The notes below the pieces were generated by a model. It ran no database searches, had not been told where the DNA came from, and worked only from the letters and a program-made list of their open reading frames with translations. This document shows, piece after piece, positions 46,760 to 60,142 of a stretch of 64,000 nt of DNA. The translations under genes were made by a program, and so were the position numbers. Source of the stretch: Dendrobates tinctorius (taxonomy: Eukaryota); NCBI RefSeq assembly GCF_039654945.1, contig NW_027361673.1, forward strand, positions 26,102,001 through 26,166,000, given 5' to 3'. Position 1 is the first letter of the stretch. Each line of letters starts with the position of its first letter.

Positions 46760-48274
46760 TTACCATGCACACGCTGGGAGTGCATCACAAACTACTCCCA
46801 TCACATGATAGCGGGGCACAGATCAATGGCATGACAACAGGGGGTCTGCAGGAGACCCATGTGGTGGTCATTGCTGGCATTCTATGAGCATTTCTGCTAC
46901 ACAGAGCAGGGCCTGCTCTGTGTAGCACAAGCGATCAGACGATTGAAGCTTCAAGTCTCCAATGGAGAACATTGAAGCATATAAACAGTGAGGGAAAAAA
47001 AAAAAAAAAAAAAGGTTTCTAAAAATATATATAAAAATTTTTTTTAAAAATATAAAAGTTCAAATCATCCCCCTTTTGCCCCATTCAAAATATTAAAAAA
47101 AAAACAAAAAAAAAAAAACACATACATGGATTTGGTAAAATCCGCGTTCATAAATGCCCAATCTATAAAAATATAAAAATAATCAGATTGGTAGACAGCA
47201 TAACGAGAAAAAATTTAAAAATGCCAGAATCCTTTTTTTTGGGGTGCCACAACATTGCAATAAAATACAATAACAGGCTATCAAAACATTGCATCTACCC
47301 CAAAGTGATATCGATAAAAACATCAGCTCGGCACACAAAAAATAAGCCATCACCCAGTCCCAGATCACAAAAATGGAGATGCCATGGGTCTTGGAAATTT
47401 GGGAATTTTTTTTTCCACCACTTAAATGAAAAAGAACCTATACATGTTTGGTATCTACAAACTCGTAATGACCTGGAGAATCATAATGGCAGGTCCGTTT
47501 TAGAATTTGGTGAACATGGCAAAAAAAAGAAAAAAGACAATTGTGTAATTGCACTTTTTTTTGCCCGTTTTCCAGTACATTATATGGTAAAATCAATGGT
47601 GTAGTTCAGAAGTACAACTAGTCCTGCAAAAATCAAGCCTTCACTCGGACATATTGACGGAAAAATAAAAAAGTTATGGCTCTGGGAAGAAGGGGAGCGA
47701 AAAACAAATGCAAAAACGGAAAAGGTCTCAGGAGTGACGGGGTTAAATGTTAGTAACAAGATAATTATAGAAAACAAAGAAACAGGGAGTTATGTGATAA
47801 ACTCACAGCAAAATTCTTTTCTCCGAGACGCTCATTGGGGGACACAGATACTGTGGGTGTATGCTTCTGCCGCTTGGAGGCTGACACTAAGTGGAAAAAA
47901 AAAAGAGGTTAGCTCCTGCTCCACCATATACACCCTCGCCCCTATTGCGGGCGGAAATCAGTTTGGTGCCAAAGCAGTAGGAAGACAACAAAATCAGCCT
48001 TAATAAAGGTACAACATGTCCAGAAAAAAAGACCACCCTTATATCACATAAATAAATGCGTATAAATTAAACAAAATAGAAGCCAACTTGGCTAATAGGG
48101 TGGGTGCTGTGTCCCCCAGTGAGCGTCTAGGAGAAAAGGATTTTACGGTGAGTTTATCACAAAAATCCCTGTTTCTCCTTCGCCTCATTGGGGGACACAG
48201 ATACTGTGGGACGTCCTAAAGCAGTCCCTGGGTGGGAGATTGACTCACCGATCCAAGCTACATGCACCTCTTGT

Positions 48275-49330
48275 TTAAAGGTGCGCCACCGCTGCTCGGA
48301 GAATCCTTCTACCCAGGCTCGCATCCGCTGAGGCCTGAGTATGGATATTATGTTTGGCAAATGTGTGCAGGCTGGACCAGGTTGCTGCCTTGCAAACCTG
48401 TTCCATCGAAGCCTGGTGCCAAAGCGCCCAAGAGGCGCCCACTGCCCGAGTAGAGTGCGCTCTGATCCCTGCTGGAATCGGCGTGCCTCTAAAGCGGTTG
48501 GACTCCTGAATAGTCAAACGAATCCATTTGGCTATGGTCGATTTCGAGGCTGCAAGTCCCTTCCTGTGCCCTTCGGGGAGCTAGAACAGCGTGTCCGTCT
48601 GACGAAAGGGTGCCGTCCTCGACACGTACTTCCGGAGGGCTCTTACCAGGTCTAACGTGTGAAGAGCCTTTTCCACACGGTGACCCAGTGCTGAACAAAA
48701 TGAAGGCAAGACAACATCCTCATTAATGTGAAATGAGGACACGACTTTCAGCGGAAAAGGAGGGACTGGTCTGAGCACCACCTTATCCTTATGGAAGGTG
48801 AGGAACGGAGCTCGGCAGGATAGGGCACCAGCTCTGAAACCCGCCTGATAGAAGTGATGGCCACTAGGAATACCACTTTCCAGGAAAGGTACCTCAAAGA
48901 GACATCCTGAAGTGGTTCAAATGGAGCTTCCTGCAGAACACTTAGGACCAGGTTAAGGTCCCAGGCGTCCATAGGCGCCTTATAGGGAGGTACCAAGTGG
49001 GAGACTCCCTGGATGAAAGTCTTAACCTGCAAATTGGTTGCAATTCTGTGCTGGAACAGGACGGATAAGGCCGATATTTGTCTCCTGAGGGAACTTGGGG
49101 CCAAGCCCGAGTGTAGGCCCGACTGTAGAAAGGCCAAGATGTTGGGAATCAAGAATCTCAGTGAAGAAACACTCCGGCCTCGACACCAAGCAAAGAACAC
49201 CTTCCAGGTGAGGTGGTAAATTCGTGCTGAAGCAGGCTTCTGGGCATTAACCATTGTAGCGACCACCTTGCTCCCAAACCCTGCCTGGGTTAGAACCCAA
49301 GATTCAACGGCCATGCCTTCAAACACAGGG
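48275..49330 (-). pseudogene. DIRS tyrosine recombinase
   Basis: FLVAITSIRRVSEL, HTLDLVRAL and RAHSTRAVGASWA...AATWSSLHTF across several frames. Confidence 0.85.
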
Positions 49331-51130
49331 CCCCTGACTTCGGGTGGCAAATCGGCCCTTGAGAAAGTAGATCTGGGCGCTCTGGCAGTCGCCAAGGAAC
49401 GTCGGCGAGCAGCTGCATTAGATCTGCGTACCACGCTCGCCAGGGCCAGCAGAATCGCCGGAACCCCTTCCGTCTTGATCTTTTTGATGACTCTCGGGAG
49501 TAGTGGCAGTGGGGGAAATAGATATGGGAGGCGGAACTGGTTCCATGGCAGAACCAACGCATCCACAGCGATTGTTTGCGGGTCCCTGGCCCGAGCGACA
49601 TATGTGGGCACCTTGGCGTTCACTCTGGACACCATCAGGTCCACATCCGGAGTTCCCCACAGTTGACAAAACTGCTGGAAGACCTCGGGATGTAGTGACC
49701 ACTCTCCGGACACAAGACACTGCCGGCTGAGAAAGTCTGCCGCCCAGTTTTTCACGCCCGGGATGTGGACTGCCGAAATCACCGAGTGGTTTACTTCGGC
49801 CCACTGAAGAACGTGCCCCACCTCACGCATGGTTTCTCTGCTGTGGGTGCCCCCTTGATGGATTTATGTAAGCCACCACCGTGGCGTTGTCCAATTGGAT
49901 CTGGAGGGGGCGGCCTGCTAAGTAGTGATGAAACTGCTGCAGAGCCAACCAAATTGCTCGTATCTCCAATAAGTTGATCAGGAGGTGTGCCTCCTGTGGT
50001 GACCACCGTCCCTGGGTCATATGGTGGCAAAACACCGCTCCCCAGCCGAGGAGACTGGCATTGGTTGTTATCACCAACCAATGGTCTGGGGGGGGAAGGG
50101 TTCCCCTGGGTCAGAGAGGAACTGGTTATCCACCATCCGAGCGACTGCCTGACTTGAGAGGACAGTCGGCACCGCCGATCGAGCGTGAAATGATTCTTCT
50201 CCCAGGCTGACAAGAGAGCGTGCTGCAGGGGCAAAAATGGAACTGGGCGAACGGTATTGCTTCCATTGCAGACACCATTCTTCCTAGAATCCTCATCCCG
50301 AAACGAATGGTATGATGGACTGGTTGGCGAAGAGTCCGAACTCCCTGCTGGAGAGTTAGGGCTTTTTCCTGAGGGAGAATCACCAACCCTCGGCAAGTGT
50401 CGAAGACCATTCCTAAGAAGGAAATCCTCTGAGCTGGCAGAAGGGATGACTTCTTCGCATTGACCAACCACCCTAAGCGGGCAAGGGTATCTAGAATTAT
50501 ATTGACATTTCCTTCGCATGCCCGTCTTGAAGGGCCCTTGACCAATAGGTCGTCCAAGTAAGGCAAGACTACTATGCCTCGAGAATGCAATATGGCCATG
50601 ACAACTGCCATAATCTTTGTGAACACTCTGGGAGCCGTGGCTAACCCGAAAGGTAGCGCCACAAACTGAAAATGTTGACCGTTGATGGCGAAATGCAGGA
50701 ACCTTTGATGAAGAGGAAAGATGGGAATATGCAGATATGCGTCCTGGATGTCGACCGAGGTCAAGTATTCTCCCTGTTCCATGGCCGATATGACTGAACA
50801 GAGAGACTCCATCCGGAAATGTCTGACCCTGATGAATTTGTTCAGAAGTTTGAGGTCCAAAACAGGTCTGAAAGACCAGTCCTTTTTGGGAACCGCAAAC
50901 AGGTTGGAATAGAAGCCCTGAGCCCTTTCGTGCTCTGGTACGGGAACAATGACCCCGATGCGCTGGAGTGATTCGATGGCTACCAACAGAGCTCTTGCCT
51001 GGGTATCCACCCTGGGAAGGCGGGAAAGAAAAAAATATTTTGGAGGGTTTCTGACAAACTATTTTTTAACCCGAGGCCACCAACTCCTTTACCCATGCGT
51101 CATCTGCGACACTGAACCAGACGTGGCGAA
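49290..51130 (-). pseudogene. DIRS RT, RNase H and methyltransferase-like domain
   Basis: FRPVLDLK, LPFGLATAPRVFTK, YLDD; INLLEIRA, DNATVVAYIN, ADFLSR; DVDLM...YLFPP. Confidence 0.88.
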
Positions 51131-51199
51131 ACCAGAGTAGTCGGCCGCCCATCTTGCTGGTGTCGTCTGGTAAACACCTCGAGTCATTTGGCTGACGAT

Positions 51200-52500
51200 C
51201 TTTTGGCTCTGGATCCCCTCAATCTGGGCTGCTGAGTACGCATTCTCCCCAATGAGTTGGTTCTATATATGAGACCTGCCGCTCCCTATCCTGGATGGGG
51301 CGGCCTGAAACGGTGGAATTGGCCGCTGTGGTCCACCCGGGGTTGCGAAAGGCCCGAAAACGTGCCTGAAAAGGGTGGTGAAAAGGTGGTTTGACCTTTT
51401 GCTGAGGGAGAAAACCGCTCTTTCCTCCTGTGGAGTCGGAGATAAGTTGATCTAACTTCTCCCCAAATAGACGGCCGCACTGATAGGGCAGGAAAGTCAA
51501 GGAATCGGCCCGCCATGTCCTTAACTACTGAGCTCTTCTGATAGAAATTACGTTAGCGGCAGCAAGTGCCGAGCAATTGGCCACATCCAAAGATGCATTG
51601 ATTACGTAGTCTCCAGCCATCGCGATCTGACTCGCGATCGCCGATATCTCTGCAGGTAGCTCTTGCTCCTGCGCGACCTAGTTTAAGGATTCTGACCATG
51701 AGATCATGGCCTTGGCTACCCAAGTTGCTGCGAACGAGGGAGAGAGCGCTGATCCTGACGAGATTCCGTCCATTTTTACGGAAGTCTGGGGCAAATGGAT
51801 ACCTTGCTTCGAGTGCCTTTTGACCCGAGAACTGACTGTCTGGTCGTTCCCTGTGTTGCTGCGCTATGTCCTCAAACTCAGGGTGAGAGGAAAAAATTCT
51901 GTGCGGCCGCTTCACTCGTTTAAACGCCACCTTATGCCCTGTAGCCGCAGCGGGATTATCCTCAATCCCCAAGGTCTGATTAACAGCTTCTATGAGGCTG
52001 TCCACTGTCTCACATAACCTTGGAGCATCCAGGTCAAGGGGCTCATCTGAGTCGAAATCTGAGGTCTGCTCGCTATCAACCACTGGCGACGGGGAGCGAG
52101 AAGCAGAACTTACGGATGCCAAAGCACTGGATGGACTGGGCGACACTGCGTGGATTCTCTTCCCCCGGGTCTGCCTGGAATTAGAGCGGCCCCTGCAGGC
52201 CGAAGGCTCTAGTGAGGTGGAGGTTCCCTCTAAGGCCGGCGAGCCACTGTCCCTGCCCCTATCTGGGGCCTGAAGGGACTTGATTGCCCTCGTAAGCGAC
52301 GCCGTGGACTGTGACAGTGATAGGGCCCACTCCGGGGGGTTCGGGACCTCGTTCGCAGTCACAGGGGAGGGCTCCTGGGCGCATTCGGACTCGCAGGCTT
52401 CGCATAATCGCTTGCTCTGTGCCCGCGGAAACGCAGCCCGACAAGAGATGCATGCAGCGTAAAAAAAAAAAAAAATGTGCGTCTTTGCTTTTTCGGACAT
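51200..52500 (-). pseudogene. DIRS Gag-like ORF1 with N-terminal Cys pairs
   Basis: CISC...CEAC, a Ser-rich linker, and LPYQCGRLFGEKLDQLI near the end; frameshifted. Confidence 0.6.
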
Positions 52501-53752
52501 GCTGTATCTGTCCGCTGCTGGGGAGGGGGGGATGAGGTAGCATCTCGTTTTCCCTGTAGCGTGGCCTCTCAGGCAGCACTTACCCCAGTCCTGTGCCCCC
52601 ACGTTCCTGGACGCCTCCACACCAAAATCGCGCGCCACCAGCTGTGGGGCGGGCCGCCAGCATATAAACCGCTCCAGGGGCGGTACTTCCGGCTCTGCAG
52701 CCTAGCCGCGCTCCAAAGCCGGGGACTAAATTATCCACCGCCGCCCAGGCCTGGGGGGTGGGCCGCCGGAAGTGACTCGCGGCCCGGAGGCGGAACTTCC
52801 GGCACCGCGCTCTCTATCTGCAGCCACGCTTAGCCAAGAATGGCTGGTGGCATCCGCCGGCTAAGGGCTCCAGCCCCGGATCTTCGCCACAGGAGCCCTC
52901 CCAGGCCCTCTCCTCACTGACGACCCTCTTCGGCTTCCCAGCTCAGGTATGTGAGGGGGCCTTGAAAAATAGGACAGTGCAGGCACCCTAGCTCCATCTA
53001 ACCCCTTTAGGGGGTGAGGAGAGGGACCGTCCGCCGCCTTGCAGCACCGCAGTCTAAGCATTGGTGGAGCAGTAGGGGGCCGCACGGACTAGTCTTGGGC
53101 CTCTTTACAGCCCATGGTTTCAATACCTAGGGGTGGTCAGGGCTAAGTCCGGCATCGTGTCCCACGTTGCGGGAGAGGATACGTGGAGGGACACTCACAC
53201 GTGCTCGCCCGTTGTTGGTTTGGGGAAATCGGACCCTTTCAATAGGATCTGTTGCCCCTGTCTCATCTTCATGGAAAAAGTCTGGAGCAAAAAAACAGAC
53301 GTGTGCCTCCATGGACACTAAGCAAAAAACTGATTTCCGCCCGCAATAGGGGCGAGGGTGTATACGGCAGAGGAGGAGCTAACCTCTTTTTTTTCCACTT
53401 AGTGTCAGCCTCCAAGCGGCAGAAGCATACACCCACAGTATCTGTGTCCCCCAATGAGGCGAAGGAGAAAAGGCCAAGATATTAAACAGGCACTTTTCAT
53501 CCAGGGATCATTCAACAAGGCAAAAATCAAAGTTCACCACCTGATATAAGTTGCTTAACACAAGAATAAGGACGCCTGTGTCTGAGCAAATTAAACATTG
53601 ACAAATCCCATGGCCCAGATGATATTCATTCATGGATACTGAGGGAACTGAGCTCAGTAACTGACAGACCGTTATATCCCATCTTCTTAGACTCTCATTA
53701 ACAGGGTTGGTGCCTCTGGATTGGAGGATGACTTATGTGGTACTGACCGTTA

Positions 53753-54874
53753 GGGTGTGTGCACACGTTGCAGATTCTGCTGCGGAATTTTCCATGTGGA
53801 TTTTGCAAAATCCGCAGGTCAAAAGACCTGCGGTTTATCTGCGGATTAGCCTGCGGTTTAGCCCTGCGGTTTGACACCTCTACAATGGAGCAGGTGTGAA
53901 ACCGCTGCGGATTCCACACAAAGAAGTGACATGCTGCGGTTTTGAAACTGCAGCAAATTCGCGCGGAAAATTCTGCACCGTGTGCACTGCAGTTTTTGTT
54001 TTCCATTGAAAATAAAGGTACTGTACACCGCAGCAAGTTTTTGCTGCGAATCCGCACGGCCAAATCCGCTGCGGATCCGCAGCAGAATTCGCAACGTGTG
54101 CATGTAGTGTCGGTGGTGGGGTGCTGAGCTGGGGGGTGGTCCTACTTTTATACCGCGCAGAGATGACAACAGAGACACGATGGAGGCAGATTCTGGGTGC
54201 AACAGGTCCAAGTTTATTTCTTCACTTGCCGTCCGACTGACGGCACACCTCGCGGCCCTCCGTTTCCAGAGCCGCTTCTCACACCGTACACTGGAGACGT
54301 GTCTGCACACACCGTCCCCTCCTTTACTGTCGACGCTCCTGACAGTTCCGTCACTGTGGCCGCCTTAGGCCCATTAACCAACAGCGCTTCTACTGCTCAG
54401 TCGTCGTGTCACATACGGTGTCTTACACCCAGTACCTCGTCTCAACTGCGGTCCTTTCCTGTCAGGACCACCCCCCTGACGTCCTCTCTCCTCAGTCCCC
54501 CTGGTCTGGATTCTCCTCAGAGTGCACAGACTGTCGTAGTCCTCCTGTCACTTGAGCTCCCCCTGGGGACTGGAATCTTCTGGAACCCTCCCTCAGAATT
54601 TATAGCTCACCCGGTTCCTTGAAACTGTCACTCCAACTGTCACCTCGCCCCCCATGACCAACGGTTTCTAAAGCCCTAAGCTGCTGTAAAGTCCTTTGCT
54701 CAAACTCCACCCTGCCATCTAATGGTCATCCCAAGGTACTGCACGTCCACTACACTTTCCTAGTTGTTTCCCCACCGTAATCACTGACTCCTACCTACAC
54801 TGTGCAAACCTATCTTTCTTCACTCTGACTAGTCCGTCCGTCCGTCAGGTCACCTTCCCTACATGCACACACCC
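53753..54874. mobile_element. Harbinger-type MITE carrying a solo LTR in its right TIR
   Basis: TTA TSD; GGGTGTGTGCA / TGCACACACCC ends; TGCGG/CCGCA subrepeats. Confidence 0.8.
54103..54863. mobile_element. Solo LTR (761 bp)
   Basis: TGTAG...CTACA ends and 4-bp TSD TGCA at 54099-54102 and 54864-54867. Confidence 0.8.
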
Positions 54875-55384
54875 TTAAGAAAGAATAGAAGGTGGATCCA
54901 GGTAACTACTGTTTGGCGAGTCTGATGTCAGTGCAAAGTTTTTGAGGGCATTATAAGCGATGACCTGCAAATATACATTGTAGATAATATAATAACTAAC
55001 AACCAGCATGGATTCATGAAAGATAAGTCATGTCTAACCAACACGTTGAGTTTCTATGAGGAGATAAGTGCAAGTCTGATTGTTGGTAATGCGGCTGATG
55101 AAATTTATCTGGACTTCGCAAAGGCATTTGATACTGTACCACATAACAGCCTTATACTGAAGCTCCAGAAACAAGGACCGAGGGAAATTATATGCAGATG
55201 GGTAAGGAATTGGCTAAAAGAAAAAGCGTGATTTGCCTACCCGGACAAAAATGAATAAAAAGTAATCAAAAGGTTATATGTACTCCAAAATGGTACCAAA
55301 TAAAAACTATAATAAAGCTAGCTATTTTGCTTTAAATTATTGTATTGTTAAAGTTGTTACTTATGCCTTGTGTTTTGAAACTGT

Positions 55385-55454
55385 TAAACTGTAAAGCGCT
55401 GCGGAATATGCTGGCGCTATATAAATAAAGATGATTATTATTGTTATTATTATT
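55385..55454 (+). repeat. LINE/SINE 3' tail with (TTA)n end
   Basis: TGTAAAGCGCTGCGGAATATGCTGGCGCTATATAA resembles the SINE tail at 26788-26821. Confidence 0.55.
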
Positions 55455-56524
55455 AGCCCTCACTTAGCTTAATCAGTGAAATAAAAAAAAAAATTGGGTT
55501 TAAGAAATTTGCAAAATGATCGAAATCTGTCTAAAAACAAATTCTACCAAAAAATATATTTTCTGTTTTTTATGGTATGTGTAAAATTAAAATGAGATTT
55601 CTTCCCACAAAAAAAAAAAAAGCTCTCATATGGCTAGGACATTGTAAAAATAAAAATATTATGGCTCTTGGAAGACGGCTGAAAAAATAAAAAAGGCAAA
55701 AAAAGAAAACTGTCCATAGAGAGAAAGGGATAAAGAGAGAAGTACTGAACCAATCCATTGGTAATTTTCTAAGAAAAGGAATTATGCAGATTCAATCACG
55801 AGTGATGCACAGAAGAAAACAATTCACATGGTTTGACACTACTCTTACTGACATTATTCTTGCAAAACATCCAATGGGAATATAATTAGAATAGTCTACT
55901 TTGAAGAGAAACACATCTCTACTAAGTATCCCAGCACAGACGGGTCTTGATAGCTAAAGTCTCCTTCATGCCATAAAACTAAGCTCCAGCCCACAACATG
56001 CACATAAATCAAGCAGTAAAACATTTCAGCAGCACATCACAAGCATCCGCTCTCCACTTGTGAGCCCTAGCTTATTTGGAGCAGTTTTCCTTTCATCCTG
56101 CACAGGAAGGTAGAGTCATTAAACTGATTATTCAGTGATGAGATCAGAACACCCAGAGGTTGATAATGTAGTCAGGCAAAATCACATATTGCCAAGCTGT
56201 AAGTATATAAAGCATTGGCGGCAAGGCTGATCAAAAGATCTGGACAAAGCAATCATTTTCTCAGATCAGTAAGAGGCGGAAGTAGTGTCAGAACCCATGA
56301 AATATTTCTATCCCAATACCATATATTGTGACCCGCGGATCCGTCAGCTGCTCTAATATTCCGGACTTTGTAAATACTTGCACTCCCCATAAGATGCAGA
56401 TCTATAGCATATTATCTTACAATTCTACACTGCGCCGTTCTCTGTTGTGCATTATGAAAATGTATGAATTAACAGACAATAATCCATTCCCCTCAGTGAG
56501 GTGGGCCCCAACAATAATTGGATA

Positions 56525-58351
56525 GTTAAGGGTGGAGCAACAGTAGTTATGAATAGGTCTGACTACATGAAAGAGGTTTACCGCCAACTTAACGACACCA
56601 CGGTCTACACTAAGTTAGAGAAAGAGCCCTTACAAGAAACAAGGGAAATGATCAAGGGAGTTCTAACTGAATTTTGCTACCGCAAAATAATCGATGCCCA
56701 AACAGTAGATTTTCTAACGAATGTACACCCTACCATTCCTGTTTTTTACATTTTACCAAAGGTCCACAAGAGTTTAGAGAACCCCCCAGGACGCCCAATA
56801 GTCGCATCCACGGATTCCATTTTGTCCCCTTTATCAATTTTCATTGAGAAAGTCCTGACTCCTCTTATTAAAGATACGCCGTCCTTTATCCTTGATACAG
56901 GAGATTTTCTCTGGATAATTCGTGAATTGGGTCCTATACCAACTGAGGCAATATTGGTTTCTTTTGATGTGAAGGTCCTTTACACCTCCATTTCACACGA
57001 TAAAGGCATAGAGTGTGTCCATAGCTTACTAACTGATGCTAACACACATAGAGGGATAACGGATTTAATTTTACGCCTCCTTAGAATTGTCCTGACACGT
57101 AATTACTTTATGTTTGAGGAAAATTTTTATCTACAGACAAGGGGTATGGCCATGGGATCCAACATGGCGACTCCCTACGCCAATGGTTATATGGCTAAAT
57201 TTAAGGAAGAAGTAGTTTACACGAACATACTTTTTCAAACACATTACCTCTTATGGAAACGTTATATTGATGACGTATTTTGCATTTGGACGGGTTCCCA
57301 TGACACCTAGGACGAATTTTTCAATAGACTTAACACATCTTGGACAGGCCTCACTTTCACCATTACTAGTAGTCAGCAACAGGTCAGTTTTCTAGATACG
57401 ATGATCATGAAAGATGATGAGGGCAATCTCAGCTCTGATCTTTATACTAAGGCCACTGACCGCAACAGCCTCCTCCATTTCTCTAGCTTACATCCACCGG
57501 CCATTAAGCGAGCTATTCCAAGATCTCAATTTAAAAGGGTCCAGAGGATTGTCTCTGACCCTGGGAAACGCCAATTATGTTTACAACGAATGGAGTCTAA
57601 ATTTAAGGAGCGTGGCTATCCTCAAACCATACTGACAGAGGCACTGAATCCACGGGGTATCACTCGTACTAATGTCGTCTCACGGGTACCATTCGTCCAC
57701 ACTTACCACCCGTATGTTAACATATTACACAAAACCATAAGGAGACACTGGAATTTATTGTCCACTGCTCACCCGGATATTCCAGAGTTTCGTAATCCAT
57801 TTCTTCCCTGCTACAAAAGACCCAATAATATACGAGACTCTCTTATTAGAGCTGACATTGGCCCTAGACAGAGGATTTCCACACAGAGATTCCTACAAAA
57901 TCCCTGTATGGGCACGTACCCTTGCCTGCATTGTCATCAATGCAATAATATACAGAAAGGCGATGCATTTTTTCACCCACATTCAGGTAGAAAATACGCT
58001 ATCAAAGATTATTCCACATGCGACACCAGTTATGTCGTTTATCTCATTAAATGTCCCTGGGGGCTCCTTTATGTAGGTGAAACGACCCAGGCCATCCGTG
58101 ACAGAATAAGTAAACATAAATCTACCATTAGATGTAAGAACCTACTCCTTCCGTTACCTCATCATTTTCACAGTAAAGGACATAGCATCTCCCAATTAAA
58201 ATTCCAAGTCATTGAACATGTCCCAGTCCCCAGACGTGGTGCAGACCGTATCAGGATATTGAAACGACGAGAATCCTATTGGATCCATGAGCTACAAACT
58301 CTGGCTCCTAAGGGACTTAACAGGGAATACGATTTATTGTCCATTATGTGA
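56525..58351 (+). pseudogene. Penelope-like RT and GIY-YIG ORF, 5' truncated, one in-frame stop at 57308-57310
   Basis: FYILPKVHK...PGRPIV, GMAMGS, WKRYIDD and VVYLIKC...YVGET; both ORF pieces are in the same frame. Confidence 0.9.
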
Positions 58352-58635
58352 AATATTACACAATTAATGGCTGTGATATCGCCATCATAGACATAATAAT
58401 AATATTGGTAATTTTGTGTTATTACAAAAGAGGTTATATCAATATGTAGGTACTGTTAAATATGGGGGGCGTGGCCTAGCGCGGATGTGAGTGGACGCTA
58501 GGTAGAAGAGCTCCGCCGTCAGATCTATGAATTATCCTTAAACAGGCCGTTTTAGCACTGACCTGGACATATCTATTGGCACAGTGAGTGCCCAAGAGTC
58601 GGGAGGAGACGCCGTGAGTGCAGAGGAGCGCCGAG

Positions 58636-59715
58636 ATGGGGAGGAGGAGGCAGAAAGATATCGGGGAGGACGGCAGCGTGACTGCACAAGATGGCGCCGG
58701 GAAAGTGGAGGAGGCGCGGAGACAGTCTGATAGCTTTGATAAACGGTCACGGATCCTCCAGAAGTTGCAGCGCTTTGCAAGAGAGGAGGAGGGGGACACT
58801 GAAGAAGGTATAGTGCTGGAAGGAGAGGGGGTGAGCGGTGAAACCGCGGGAGAGGCCGATAGCAGGAGAAGAAAGGGAGGGGAAATCGCTGGCCCTGAGT
58901 GTGTGTCTGAGGAGGAAGACAGTGGAGCTGATGAGACTCCTGAGAGAGAGCCAACCTTGAAAGATGTCTTCATGGTGGTGTCGTTCTGCAAGAGGACACT
59001 GACTAAGTTGAATAGCCGGGTTGATAAGATTAAAGAAGAAATCACTGGCATTAAAGAGGCACTGAACAAGGCAGATATCAGGATGGGTGCTGTGGAAGAG
59101 AGAGTGAGCAGCACTGAGGACTCTGTAAACAAAATGCAGAGGACTCAATCCCAGCATGCTCAAAAGATATCAGCAGTGCATTTGAAGCAGGATGATTTGG
59201 AAAATAGATCAAGGAGGAACAATCTCAGATTTGTGGGTTTTCCGGAAATGGTAGAGGGCAGCGACCCCACCGACTTTATTGAGCAATGGATCTTATCCAA
59301 AATCGGCAGAGATACGCTTTCCAGAGTTTTTGCGGTGGAGAGAGCACACCGTGTCCCCCTACGGCCCCTCCCACCGGGTAGCGCTCCTCGTACTATGCTG
59401 GCCAGGATACTGAATTGTAGAGACAGAGAGACTATCCTCCGGGAAGCCAGGAAGTTGCAGGATCTTATGTTTAATGGAAGTCGTGTTGAAATATATCCGG
59501 ACTATTCAGCAGAGGTCCAGAAAATGCGGATGAAATTCGGCGAGGTCAAGAGAGAAATGAGAGCGCTGGGAGTGAAGTACTCTATGATGTATCCTGCTAA
59601 ACTAAGAGTAGCAGCGTTGGGGTCTGTCCAGTTTTTTCCGTCCCCAGAAGAAGCAGTCAAATGGATGGAGAACAATCGTTCTAAGTTGGGAGTAGTGAGA
59701 GACGGTGAAGGATGA
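58636..59715 (+). CDS. L1 ORF1 protein (coiled coil, RRM, CTD), open frame
   Basis: DLENRSRRNNLRFVGFPE, ERAHR, IYPDYS and YPAKL motifs. Confidence 0.92.
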   Translation: MGRRRQKDIGEDGSVTAQDGAGKVEEARRQSDSFDKRSRILQKLQRFAREEEGDTEEGIVLEGEGVSGETAGEADSRRRKGGEIAGPECVSEEEDSGADETPEREPTLKDVFMVVSFCKRTLTKLNSRVDKIKEEITGIKEALNKADIRMGAVEERVSSTEDSVNKMQRTQSQHAQKISAVHLKQDDLENRSRRNNLRFVGFPEMVEGSDPTDFIEQWILSKIGRDTLSRVFAVERAHRVPLRPLPPGSAPRTMLARILNCRDRETILREARKLQDLMFNGSRVEIYPDYSAEVQKMRMKFGEVKREMRALGVKYSMMYPAKLRVAALGSVQFFPSPEEAVKWMENNRSKLGVVRDGEG

Positions 59716-60142
59716 AGTAGAGACTCTCGGATATATTTCCTTTCCTTTCTTTTTTTTGGATGTTGTGCTCCGAGGCACCTGGTTTTTCAAAAACTTTTTT
59801 GGGGGCGTTGATCCCCGGGTGGTTTTTTGATGACTATTGCAATATCCTTGTTAGAAAATGTTATGTGGCCTGATTGGTAATGAGAATTGTTTTTGTTTTC
59901 TGATGGTGGGAGTGTAGGACGCCAAACAAGGGAGACTCAGTGGCTTTATATGGGTGTGAAGCAATTGGGTGCTGGCTGTATTCTCTCTCGTTGAAAGGAG
60001 AGAATCAGCTAGATTGGGTTGGAGGGGATGGGGGGGGGGAGGGGAGGGGGACAGGGGTGGGTTGGTTACGGGGGAGTTCGCATACTGCAATATAATATAG
60101 TGACCACAGAAGTCCGGTTATCTTTTAATTTTTTAGGACATA

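Larger units (their letters stand above)
45692..47742. mobile_element. piggyBac-like non-autonomous element containing nested MITEs
   Basis: Degenerate TTGA-TCCCTT start and GGGG-TTAA end; right part homologous to 19009-19512. Confidence 0.6.
47780..53470 (-). mobile_element. DIRS1-type tyrosine-recombinase retrotransposon, both ends present, ORFs decayed
   Basis: Inverted terminal repeats of about 145 bp, an internal complementary region at 48107-48210, and terminal AAA triplets. Gag-like region, RT (YLDD) and RNase H, methyltransferase-like region, and recombinase (RAHSTR). Confidence 0.93.
53480..55225 (+). mobile_element. CR1-clade LINE RT fragment, split by a MITE (pieces 53480-53749 and 54878-55225)
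   Basis: DKSHGPDDIH...LREL, NQHGFMKDKSCLTN and IYLDFAKAFDTVPH. Confidence 0.8.

Noticed and set aside
56000-56525. Inverted Penelope terminal repeat with hammerhead
   Set aside because: I could not find a CTGANGA/GAAA core or a partner repeat within the window.
58476-59163. Antisense ORFs over L1 ORF1 (ORF0-like)
   Set aside because: Explained by the purine-rich codon bias of ORF1; no recognisable motif.
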